The notes beneath the pieces are model-generated. The model saw only the letters and a program-made list of their open reading frames with translations, ran no database searches and had not been told where the DNA came from. From a virus (taxonomy: Duplodnaviria > Caudoviricetes), in IMG/VR virus record IMGVR_UViG_3300044272_001842, positions 1 to 57,464 of that record: a stretch of 57,464 nt of DNA. One strand, written 5' to 3'. The position numbers and the translations under genes are program-made. Shown piece after piece: positions 19,630-27,453 of the stretch; position 1 is the first letter of the stretch, and each line of letters opens with the position of its first letter.

Positions 19630-20113
19630 AACTTTAATGACAGCATGGGACGCACAGTTCTTAATTAGATATCATACTGTTCCATTACAAACAGAGAGGC
19701 AAACCGTGGGAGCTCATTCATATGCAGTAAGTGTTCTATTAAATCAACTTTGGCCTGATAGTAGTAAACAACTCATTTTATCAGCACTTTACCACGATGT
19801 AGCTGAAGTCATATTAGGTGATATCCCTGCTACTGCTAAATGGGGATACCCAGAGTTAAGAAAAGCTTTTGAAAAAGCTGAAACACAAGTAATGAAAAGT
19901 TTAGAGTTAGATTTTGTTTTAACTAAAAAAGAAAAAGACCGATTGAAAATGGCTGACATGTTAGAGTTGGTGATGTATTGTAATCGGCACTCTTCGTTGC
20001 CACAAATGAAAATGATACGAGATGCTGGAAACGACTACTTATTAGAAAATTTTATTAATAATAAAGACTTTGAACCTGTAGCTAGTTTGCTAAGACATTT
20101 AGGTTTGGATTAA
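19592..20113 (+). CDS. HD-domain deoxynucleotidase (YfbR-like)
   Basis: RYH...TVGAHS...ALYHDVAEVILGDIP...KMADMLE. Confidence 0.85.
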   Translation: MAEQKCKTTPNIKTLMTAWDAQFLIRYHTVPLQTERQTVGAHSYAVSVLLNQLWPDSSKQLILSALYHDVAEVILGDIPATAKWGYPELRKAFEKAETQVMKSLELDFVLTKKEKDRLKMADMLELVMYCNRHSSLPQMKMIRDAGNDYLLENFINNKDFEPVASLLRHLGLD

Positions 20114-20204
20114 AAAGATAATAAAAATGGGGTCGTAAGGGTAATAATTGCCAATAGGTATGTTATATTATATATAGGTATTGCATTATAGAAAGGATGT
20201 ACCT

Positions 20205-20447
20205 ATGGATTGGCAACAGTATGAAGACTATATGCTTAGTTATGCTAAGTCTTACACTATAACAGAGTTCCTTGGTCGGGCTACATATAATACATACCAT
20301 TATGATACTATTGTTTCATGTGCAAAAGCATATCATGATATGCGTAAAAACTCACCTAACCGTAGGGTTCTTGTGTATGCTGTGTGTCAGCCACCTAATC
20401 GTAAGCTAAGTGTTAGCTTACCTATAGCACCCGAGTTACTACCATGA
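20205..20447 (+). CDS. Hypothetical protein
   Basis: AGAAAGGA RBS before ATG 20205. Confidence 0.65.
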   Translation: MDWQQYEDYMLSYAKSYTITEFLGRATYNTYHYDTIVSCAKAYHDMRKNSPNRRVLVYAVCQPPNRKLSVSLPIAPELLP

Positions 20448-20926
20448 ATTTATTTTGGTTATCACTAGACCCCGAGCGGTGTGCTCAAATGCATTGCGAT
20501 AAGCATGTCGTTAAGATGCCATTAGAAACAGTACAGATGTTATGTACTGCTCACTGGATACATGGTAATGATGCACCTTATTTACCTGTGCATCACAAAC
20601 ACCCTTGTACTCTGTGGGTAGCACAAACGATAGAAAACTACCGCCTCGCTTGGTGGTTAGGATATTATTTATTTAAAGAGTTTACATACCGATATAACAA
20701 TGTTCACCAATCAGAGTCGGTATTGTATTCGGTGCGTTGTCACCCTCCTGCTATGACTGCCCGAGGTTACACTAAGTTCCCTCAAGCCATGCCAGAAGAG
20801 TACAAGCACCATGATGTAATGGTCGCATATCGTGACTATTATGTTGGTGAGAAAAAAGGTTTTGCTAAGTGGACTGGCAGACCTGTTCCAAACTTTATGC
20901 AGAAAGATAAACACTATGGAAACTAA
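20444..20926 (+). CDS. Pyrimidine-dimer DNA glycosylase (DenV-like family)
   Basis: MNLFWL..DP..CAQMHCDKHVVKM.LE..QML..AH, HPCTLW, FPQAMP, AYRDYY. Confidence 0.7.
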   Translation: MNLFWLSLDPERCAQMHCDKHVVKMPLETVQMLCTAHWIHGNDAPYLPVHHKHPCTLWVAQTIENYRLAWWLGYYLFKEFTYRYNNVHQSESVLYSVRCHPPAMTARGYTKFPQAMPEEYKHHDVMVAYRDYYVGEKKGFAKWTGRPVPNFMQKDKHYGN

Positions 20927-21371
20927 AGATATAAAAATTGATATTGAGACTTACAATGTTCTTCGTCAAGCGGCAGATGCTGAGTGCCGTTCTATACCAA
21001 TGCAGATCCGTTGGTTAGTTAAAAACTCTAATAGTGGTTCTGTTCCACGTGTGGTGCAAACTCAAATACCTACTATGAGGGTTTGTAAAACTAAACCTAA
21101 AAGAGTTAAGGCTCAAGCGAATGCTCAGATAACTAATCCAGATACTAACTTGAATAAAGTTTTAATAATATTTGATAGTGGATTGACTTTATGTAGTAAA
21201 GACTTTAGGCATGTAGTCCATGCTTGGGGGGAAGTAGATGCGTCACGTGAGCTAAATGCGCTAGAGAGACGTGGCGATGTGGTTAAGATTGGTAATACCA
21301 AACCATATCACTATTGTCTTTCTCCGCTAGGACGTGAGCGTATAAATATAATCAAAAGGAGTAAGCTATGA
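20916..21371 (+). CDS. Putative DNA-binding protein (N-terminal ribbon-helix-helix-like)
   Basis: IKIDIETYNVLRQAADAECRSIPMQIRWLV resembles Arc/MetJ-type RHH. Confidence 0.5.
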   Translation: METKDIKIDIETYNVLRQAADAECRSIPMQIRWLVKNSNSGSVPRVVQTQIPTMRVCKTKPKRVKAQANAQITNPDTNLNKVLIIFDSGLTLCSKDFRHVVHAWGEVDASRELNALERRGDVVKIGNTKPYHYCLSPLGRERINIIKRSKL

Positions 21372-21613
21372 AACCTTTGTGGGAAATCTATAAGGTAAAA
21401 ACTACCACTAACGAAGTTCACTGGATATTAGATGGACAACTCGTTAAATCACCCATCGTATTTTATGGGTTAGAAAATTTACATATCTTCATGGAATCAT
21501 TTCATGAGATTAATAAAGTGCATACTCCGACTAAAGTCCGGTCGGGGGATGCATCAACACCAAAGCACCCATATGATAGGGATGATCAATATTGGGAGGA
21601 GACACAATCATGA
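21368..21613 (+). CDS. Hypothetical protein
   Basis: AAGGAG RBS; ATGA overlaps at both ends. Confidence 0.65.
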   Translation: MKPLWEIYKVKTTTNEVHWILDGQLVKSPIVFYGLENLHIFMESFHEINKVHTPTKVRSGDASTPKHPYDRDDQYWEETQS

Positions 21614-21939
21614 TGGATGGACACAAAAGATTAATGCTTGAAAAACAAAAACTTGATGAGCTTGCCGCTGAGTCTACAAGTATGAAAGACTTCGCTAGTA
21701 AGTTAGGTTTCACATATATAACTGCTAGGAATATTGCTGAGTTATACGGTGTGACCGTTCCGGATGGTAGAGTAGGTGTAACTAAAAGCAATCAAGTTGC
21801 CCGAAACGCAGATATTTATAATCTTAGACAAATTCATGGTTTGAGTTATTCTGCTATCGGTAAAAAATATGGTATTACCAGACAGCGAGCGCATGGTATT
21901 TATAAAGCAGAGCACAAAAAACTTGCACTCACCATGTAA
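21610..21939 (+). CDS. HTH DNA-binding protein (sigma70 region-4-like)
   Basis: GLSYSAIGKKYGITRQRAHGI. Confidence 0.7.
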   Translation: MMDGHKRLMLEKQKLDELAAESTSMKDFASKLGFTYITARNIAELYGVTVPDGRVGVTKSNQVARNADIYNLRQIHGLSYSAIGKKYGITRQRAHGIYKAEHKKLALTM

Positions 21940-21984
21940 ATAGGTATTATTAAATATGGTTTTGTTTACAGAAAGGAGCTAACC

Positions 21985-22203
21985 ATGACACAAGAAACTA
22001 TACTAAAAAACCTTGATACTTTTAAAAGCTGTGCTCATGATGCACATAATTTATCTATGGGTATTACAGACCTTGCAGAAGTTTATGCAGAGACAGCTAT
22101 GCTTATTGAGTATATAAAAGCTAAGTATCCTCAAGCTTATCAAGAAGCTATGTTGTTTGTTGAAAAGCATAATCAAGAAAAAAGGGAGGCTAATAGTGGT
22201 TGA
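21985..22203 (+). CDS. Hypothetical protein
   Basis: AGAAAGGAG RBS; promoter-like TTGCAC...TATTAT upstream. Confidence 0.7.
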   Translation: MTQETILKNLDTFKSCAHDAHNLSMGITDLAEVYAETAMLIEYIKAKYPQAYQEAMLFVEKHNQEKREANSG

Positions 22204-22483
22204 TTATTTTATTGATGATGGGTGGTTGCGTGTATGCGACTTACCCCCTCACGGCTCTCCAGCCGATCGTGGTAGTGCTGACCGTTATTACGGTCGGCCT
22301 TGCCGACCACATTATTATCCGGATGGCACATATAAGGGACAACGGATTGAGTTACCCTTTATGACACAGCAACAAGTGGAGGAATACACAGATGCTTGGG
22401 AAAAAGAAGAAAGTCGCAAAGACTACATCGGAGCTTATACGTCTACACATATTGAGTGCGACACAACCACGGAGGAATATTAA
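22196..22483 (+). CDS. Hypothetical phage protein
   Basis: GGGAGG RBS, GTG start; HGSPADRGSADRYYGR..PHYYP motif. Confidence 0.65.
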   Translation: MVDYFIDDGWLRVCDLPPHGSPADRGSADRYYGRPCRPHYYPDGTYKGQRIELPFMTQQQVEEYTDAWEKEESRKDYIGAYTSTHIECDTTTEEY

Positions 22484-22765
22484 ATGGACAGAAAAATTAC
22501 TGAGACTCCTCTTCCAACGGACTTAGAGTATATTTGTTGTTTTGATTGGGCTGAGCCTACTAAGTTTGAAAGAGAGGTATTTAAAATTCACCCAGATAAT
22601 ACCAACGCTCGTATTAGTTTTCGTAATAACGGTAGCCAAGTTTGGGTTATTGAGTGGAATAATTTACGTATTTATGAGTGCGAACAAGATTATTACCATG
22701 ATAAACAAACAGAGGTTCAATCTTCTTACTTACGAGTTAAACATAAAAAATGGAATAGGGGTTGA
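22484..22765 (+). CDS. Hypothetical protein
   Basis: GGAGG RBS; 93 aa. Confidence 0.65.
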   Translation: MDRKITETPLPTDLEYICCFDWAEPTKFEREVFKIHPDNTNARISFRNNGSQVWVIEWNNLRIYECEQDYYHDKQTEVQSSYLRVKHKKWNRG

Positions 22766-23001
22766 CAGTCACCTCCCATTCGGTGCGAGCACTAAGTTTG
22801 TCGTTTCCTTAATGCTGTAGATGCCAGAACTATCACTTCCCCCATTGTATTCTCATACTCTGGTGATAGGAAGGTAAAGCAATGACTGTCGTAATTAATT
22901 AGTTGTAAATCTACAGAACACTTAGACATTATTTAGTTTGTTTATAATGGGTCACACTTTAAAATATATATATAACTTTAACTTCGCAGAAAGGAAGATT
23001 G

Positions 23002-23190
23002 ATGTCAGATACTAAACGTAAAACATGGGCTTATGTCTATGGCGATGAGTGTGATTTTTTATGGGAGCATTTTGGTATGCCAGACAGGGATCCACTAGAC
23101 CGTATAAAAATAAAACTTATTGGTTATCAAACGAGTGAGGAAGTTGAAGAGGAGCTCGGAATTAGACGACCGAGGATTAACAGATGTTAG
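23002..23190 (+). CDS. Hypothetical protein
   Basis: AGAAAGGA RBS. Confidence 0.6.
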   Translation: MSDTKRKTWAYVYGDECDFLWEHFGMPDRDPLDRIKIKLIGYQTSEEVEEELGIRRPRINRC

Positions 23191-23606
23191 CTGAAGCTGT
23201 TACATGTCTTGCCATGAATATTTATTTTGAAGCAAGAAACCAATCTACTATCGGGCAGATCGCTGTTGCACAAGTAACAATGAACAGGGTGCGTGATGGA
23301 CGTTTCCCCGATACTGTGTGTGATGTAGTAAAACAAGGTCCAACATATACATGGAAACCTACTTATCCAATCAAACACAAATGTCAGTTCAGTTGGTGGT
23401 GTGATGGTAAAGCGGATAAGCCAACAGATACAACTGCTTATGAGAAAGCTCGTCTTATTGCCTTAGGAGTTTACCGAGGTGACTTAGATGATTTTGTAGA
23501 TGGTGCAACGCACTATCATGCGACGTATGTTCTACCAGAGTGGTCAGAGAGCAAACAATATGTCGTACGGATTGATGACCATATTTTCTACAGATGGGAG
23601 TACTAA
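23184..23606 (+). CDS. Cell-wall hydrolase, SleB/Hydrolase_2 family
   Basis: CLAMNIYFEARNQ, AVAQVTMNRV, FPDTVCDVV, CQFSW, GATHYHA, HIFY. Confidence 0.9.
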   Translation: MLAEAVTCLAMNIYFEARNQSTIGQIAVAQVTMNRVRDGRFPDTVCDVVKQGPTYTWKPTYPIKHKCQFSWWCDGKADKPTDTTAYEKARLIALGVYRGDLDDFVDGATHYHATYVLPEWSESKQYVVRIDDHIFYRWEY

Positions 23607-23607
23607 C

Positions 23608-23808
23608 ATGGGTAGAGTAAAAGCATGGGCGATGGAACAACAAGAAGATATCCAAGCTCAATTTATTGAGGGCAAAATAAACTCTAAAGATTGTACTATC
23701 TTATTAGAATCTACAGGTATGGATATTGAGGAGATAGAAGTTTTTATAGATGAGAACATGGCAGAGAATGCGAAAGCGATGACGTATAATGTGCTCGCGC
23801 GACAGTAA
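23608..23808 (+). CDS. Hypothetical acidic protein
   Basis: GGGAG RBS before MGRVKAWAME. Confidence 0.6.
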   Translation: MGRVKAWAMEQQEDIQAQFIEGKINSKDCTILLESTGMDIEEIEVFIDENMAENAKAMTYNVLARQ

Positions 23809-23869
23809 ACTGCTAGTTTGGTGTACATCTTACCTTATAATATACATATAACTAACTAAGGAGATTATT

Positions 23870-24145
23870 ATGAAAGAAAATACATATCATCAAAAACATT
23901 ATACCTTTGGTGAGTGGGTAACACACATGGGTCGGGAGTCTTGGCTACCTGAGTGTCCAACAATACTTCCCGCAGACTTAGCAGATAGTCGCGACTGGTC
24001 GCTAATTGGTTGGTCAAAAGTATGCCCCGAACTTAGCATTTATGAGGCTAAGTTAAATGGCTATCACTATATTATCAAACAATTTAACGGTGGTGATTGT
24101 ACATGGGATGTCACACGTATGCCACTTATGGATTCGGAGGTTTAA
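23870..24145 (+). CDS. Hypothetical protein
   Basis: AAGGAG RBS; TATAAT upstream. Confidence 0.65.
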   Translation: MKENTYHQKHYTFGEWVTHMGRESWLPECPTILPADLADSRDWSLIGWSKVCPELSIYEAKLNGYHYIIKQFNGGDCTWDVTRMPLMDSEV

Positions 24146-24146
24146 A

Positions 24147-24515
24147 ATGAAAGAAAATATTATTGAAACATTTGCCGATGTATGTGCAACGTATGAGTTT
24201 ATGGGCAACCCTCCACTCGTTACTGAGCATACCTATCATCAAGAGATATTAGGGTACAGTCATAACTGGACACATGAGCTTACCCTTGTAAGGATTGAAA
24301 AACCTATAGATGATGTAGCACGACACCCTAAAACAGAGTTGTACTTATTGATGCACCACATGATTCACAATGTCACACGTGCCCTCTCCCATCAACATTC
24401 TATACGGATTGAGTGTACGGATAGTGCAGATGCAGATGATTTATTTCTATATGTACATGAGTTTGCTAACGACTTCCCATATACTCATCACTCAGCTGTG
24501 GAGTTTGCAGAATGA
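24147..24515 (+). CDS. Hypothetical His-rich protein
   Basis: GGAGG RBS before MKENIIE. Confidence 0.6.
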   Translation: MKENIIETFADVCATYEFMGNPPLVTEHTYHQEILGYSHNWTHELTLVRIEKPIDDVARHPKTELYLLMHHMIHNVTRALSHQHSIRIECTDSADADDLFLYVHEFANDFPYTHHSAVEFAE

Positions 24516-24654
24516 TAGTGTTTGCAATCATAGGTGTACTTGTCATGCTCTGCTTTATAATGTTGTCAAGATGAACAAGTAAGACACCCTTATTACACAT
24601 CTTACTATATATTATACTTAGGCAATACTGCCACAAATCTAAATGGAGGTCTAA

Positions 24655-24891
24655 ATGGGTAACATAATCAACTACCACTTAACAATCGCTAAAGAGTTAC
24701 GCTTAAATGAGTGGACTAAAAAACTCGGGCAACAACATTTCAGTGTTCCTAACACTCCCACAACAATATGTGGGATGCCAATGCTCGGTAATAATTATGC
24801 TTCAGTTTACGGTCAAGAAGATAAAACACCTTGTCCTGAGTGTGAAGAAAATATGGCTTTTCGGCTTGATTGCTTAAACCAAGATATTTAG
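24655..24891 (+). CDS. Hypothetical protein
   Basis: GGAGGT RBS; H...CG...CxxC pattern. Confidence 0.65.
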   Translation: MGNIINYHLTIAKELRLNEWTKKLGQQHFSVPNTPTTICGMPMLGNNYASVYGQEDKTPCPECEENMAFRLDCLNQDI

Positions 24892-24900
24892 GAGGTTAAC

Positions 24901-25305
24901 ATGGGTTTAGATCAAAATGCTTTTATAGGCGTAATAACAGAAAAACGTACCGATCCAGAAACAGGACAAGAGTATGATAAAAAAATTATACAGGAAAGTT
25001 TCTATTGGCGCAAACATGCTCGCCTCCAAGAGTTTATGGAAGATCGGTGGGTGCAAAAAACAGGTAGGACAGCCGTAGAGTTAAACTGTGAAGATATGCG
25101 ACTTACCGAGGAAGATATTAACTTGCTAGAAAAAGCCATACTTGACGGCTACACCGAACATGTTAGTGAGGGTGGTATGTTCTATGGTCACCAATTCCAA
25201 GAGGAGTCGGTAAAAGAATATCGTGAGTATGATTTACAGTTTGTGGAAAGAGCTCGTACGGCAATCGCCGATGGTACACACGTCATATATCACTGTTGGT
25301 GGTAA
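24901..25305 (+). CDS. Conserved-type hypothetical phage protein
   Basis: MGLDQ...YWRKH..LQ...YHCWW pattern; AGGAGGT RBS. Confidence 0.75.
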   Translation: MGLDQNAFIGVITEKRTDPETGQEYDKKIIQESFYWRKHARLQEFMEDRWVQKTGRTAVELNCEDMRLTEEDINLLEKAILDGYTEHVSEGGMFYGHQFQEESVKEYREYDLQFVERARTAIADGTHVIYHCWW

Positions 25306-25320
25306 TCAGTTAAACCCCAA

Positions 25321-25354
25321 AGAGTCATGGTCTACGGATCATGGCTCTCTTTTT
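25321..25354 (+). terminator. Intrinsic terminator ending the early/replication block
   Basis: AGAGTCATGGTC-TACG-GATCATGGCTCT followed by a T run; cUACGg tetraloop. Confidence 0.8.
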
Positions 25355-25453
25355 AGTTTTATATATAGAGTAAGAATGAAATATTGAGTGAAGTGAAACA
25401 AAAGATATTACAATATCTGATATCTAATATCTGAGTATTCAAATATTTCAATA

Positions 25454-25480
25454 CTTTGACTGGCCGCGCGACATTTTACA
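25454..25480 (+). repeat. 27-bp element, inverted copy of 6123-6149, preceded by AATATCTGA repeats
   Basis: 24/27 identity; AATATCTGA at 25412 and 25426 (also at 6171). Confidence 0.85.
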
Positions 25481-25542
25481 CTCTTACTTTGTAATGAGTC
25501 GATTTTTGTTGTAGACTCTATTATAGAAAAGTAGAGTAAATT

Positions 25543-26073
25543 ATGCCGAAAGCAAAAGTCACACATAAAAACTCTTTGGAAGTCGTAGCAAACCCTCGTG
25601 TGGAAACAGGGCTAACTCCTAAACAGGAAAAGTTTGCTATGATTTATGCTACAGAAGACCTAACCCAAACTGAAGCCGCATTACGAGCAGGATACGCTGA
25701 AAGTAATGCCCATGCGATAGCAAGCCGAATGTTAAATGGACGGGACTACCCACAGGTATTAGAAAGAATACGTGTCATTAAAACAGAGTTACAACAAAAG
25801 TTTGAAGTTACTTTTGATGGGCATGTACGGAAACTTGCAGAGATAAGAGACCAAGCTATGCAGAACGGTAACTACTCAGCGGCAGTCACAGCTGAAAAAA
25901 GTAGAGGGCAAGCGGCAGGACTCTACATAGACCGTAAAGAAATACTTACAGGTAAGATAGACCAGATGTCCCGTGAAGAAGTTTTGGTAGAAATAAAACG
26001 TATACAAGAAGAGTTCCCACAGTTACGTGAAGCACTAAGCCCAGCGATTGAAGGCCATGTCAACGAAACCTGA
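25543..26073 (+). CDS. terS: Terminase small subunit
   Basis: LTPKQEKFA..Y......TEAALRAGY..S.A...ASRML HTH; AAVTAE..RG...GLYIDR. Confidence 0.85.
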   Translation: MPKAKVTHKNSLEVVANPRVETGLTPKQEKFAMIYATEDLTQTEAALRAGYAESNAHAIASRMLNGRDYPQVLERIRVIKTELQQKFEVTFDGHVRKLAEIRDQAMQNGNYSAAVTAEKSRGQAAGLYIDRKEILTGKIDQMSREEVLVEIKRIQEEFPQLREALSPAIEGHVNET

Positions 26074-26482
26074 AACTGATTTGTGGCATTCTATCAGGGA
26101 TGGGACAGCCTGTTTTGACGTGCATTGGACACGTGTAGAAGCATGGTCACTTCCTGGAGTACCTGATTTAAACGGATGTATGCAAGGATTGGACTTTTGG
26201 GTTGAACTTAAAGTTCTTACGACAAAGAGCGACAAGAAGTATCCTAAGTGGCGTCCTCACCAAATTGCTTGGCAGAGCTCAAGAACATCGGTTGGTGGAG
26301 TAGTTTGGAACTTGGTTCATCATCTTTCCTCCCACAGACTATTATTTTTGGATGGTCGGAACCTAGCAAAGAGATTGATGGAGGGAGATGAGGGAGTCTA
26401 CGATGGATGGATGGATTACCCGATGGATTATGATGGATGGCGAGCTGTACTAGAACAGGTGACATCACGGCCGAAGTCATAA
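26057..26482 (+). CDS. PD-(D/E)XK nuclease (VRR-NUC / Holliday junction resolvase-like)
   Basis: RVE....GVPDL.......FWVELK....RPHQIAW. Confidence 0.8.
   Translation: MSTKPETDLWHSIRDGTACFDVHWTRVEAWSLPGVPDLNGCMQGLDFWVELKVLTTKSDKKYPKWRPHQIAWQSSRTSVGGVVWNLVHHLSSHRLLFLDGRNLAKRLMEGDEGVYDGWMDYPMDYDGWRAVLEQVTSRPKS
26402..26417 (+). repeat. GATGGATGGATGGATT tract, copy 1
   Basis: Identical 16-mer at 27126-27141. Confidence 0.9.
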
Positions 26483-26544
26483 GACTTCTGGCACGAGGTC
26501 ATATGAAGTCAGCAAACAAAGTTATCATTATGACAACTTAGGTG

Positions 26545-26574
26545 TTTACATTGATATGGTAACTGTGGTATCGT
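26545..26574 (+). promoter_or_regulatory. Sigma70-like promoter of paralog A
   Basis: TTTACA-18-TATCGT with extended TG, followed by the GTGGCA-TG-TGCCAC hairpin. Confidence 0.55.
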
Positions 26575-26628
26575 TAAGTGTGGCATGTGCCACGTTAATC
26601 AACCAACGCTCGTAGAAAGGAGCTCATC

Positions 26629-27084
26629 ATGGCTAAATCAGCTGTTAAAAAAATCGCTACTACCGAAGTTACTTTTCAAGGTATTAAAGATATACCTGAG
26701 GATCGTAAAAAGTTGGGTGTCACTGTTGCTGACATCTTTAAGTTCGTGCAGGAAAATGCTGGTGGTAATCCCAATAATGTTGGTATACGTCCAGTCGCTA
26801 AACTGGTTGACCTTAAACAGGAGCTACCATTTCCTTTTGAAAGTAAGCGTACACTATATGAAGAAGACGGTGCTAAAAAAGCTAGGCTCCGTGGTCTTGT
26901 GGTGTGGCAGTTAATCAACTCTGGTACTAAGCCTATCACCCTTACTGATGTTGACAATGCACATAAGAAAATCAAAGCAAAGAAATATCACGCTTTGTTA
27001 GATGCTCTTAACGGTGGGCAGTCGCCATCAGCCAAAGCAACATGGGGAAATAATTATGTTGAGTTATACGTAATCCCAGCTTAA
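26629..27084 (+). CDS. Hypothetical protein, paralog A
   Basis: AGAAAGGAG RBS; own promoter and terminator; shares collinear motifs with 27454..27978. Confidence 0.85.
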   Translation: MAKSAVKKIATTEVTFQGIKDIPEDRKKLGVTVADIFKFVQENAGGNPNNVGIRPVAKLVDLKQELPFPFESKRTLYEEDGAKKARLRGLVVWQLINSGTKPITLTDVDNAHKKIKAKKYHALLDALNGGQSPSAKATWGNNYVELYVIPA

Positions 27085-27093
27085 CAATCACAA

Positions 27094-27125
27094 GGTGGGT
27101 GGCCGATGGTCACCCATTCTTTTTT
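27094..27125 (+). terminator. Intrinsic terminator after paralog A
   Basis: GGTGGGTGGCC-GAT-GGTCACCCATT followed by T6. Confidence 0.8.
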
Positions 27126-27160
27126 GATGGATGGATGGATTGATGATGAAAGATGATGAT
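27126..27160 (+). repeat. GA-dense GATG/GAT tract, copy 2
   Basis: GATGGATGGATGGATTGATGATGAAAGATGATGAT (10 GA in 35 nt). Confidence 0.9.
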
Positions 27161-27301
27161 TCATATATATGGGCATAGTCACATATATAGTCACCAAATA
27201 AAATCTTTTCTAATGAACTCAAAAGAACTCATACCTATATACAATTTAATATCCGGTGCTATGGTGGTTTTATAACTTAACTATTAACAAGGGAGTTAAT
27301 T

Positions 27302-27364
27302 ATGCTTATGAGCTTTTATTTGTTTAGTGTGATAGTAACAATATTTTTTATTACACTTTTTTAA
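27302..27364 (+). CDS. 20-aa hydrophobic peptide (not in ORF track)
   Basis: MLMSFYLFSVIVTIFFITLF with AAGGGAG RBS. Confidence 0.45.
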   Translation: MLMSFYLFSVIVTIFFITLF

Positions 27365-27372
27365 TTTAGGGG

Positions 27373-27403
27373 TTTACATTAATGTAAATATGTTTATTAT
27401 AAT
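27373..27403 (+). promoter_or_regulatory. Sigma70-like promoter of paralog B with a 16-bp palindrome over the -35 box
   Basis: TTTACATTAATGTAAA palindrome (27373-27388); TATTATAAT -10 region; TGTAGC/GCTACA hairpin at 27407-27424. Confidence 0.65.
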
Positions 27404-27453
27404 AAGTGTAGCAATACCGCTACATTCAACTTTAACCAAAATGGGGTTTAATT

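Noticed and set aside
19592-20113. Z-genome (2-aminoadenine) system suggested by a DatZ-like HD gene next to PolA
   Set aside because: No PurZ / adenylosuccinate synthetase-like ORF seen; the neighbourhood points to pyrimidine modification
22800-22890. Twister or hammerhead ribozyme
   Set aside because: The conserved catalytic core sequences could not be matched
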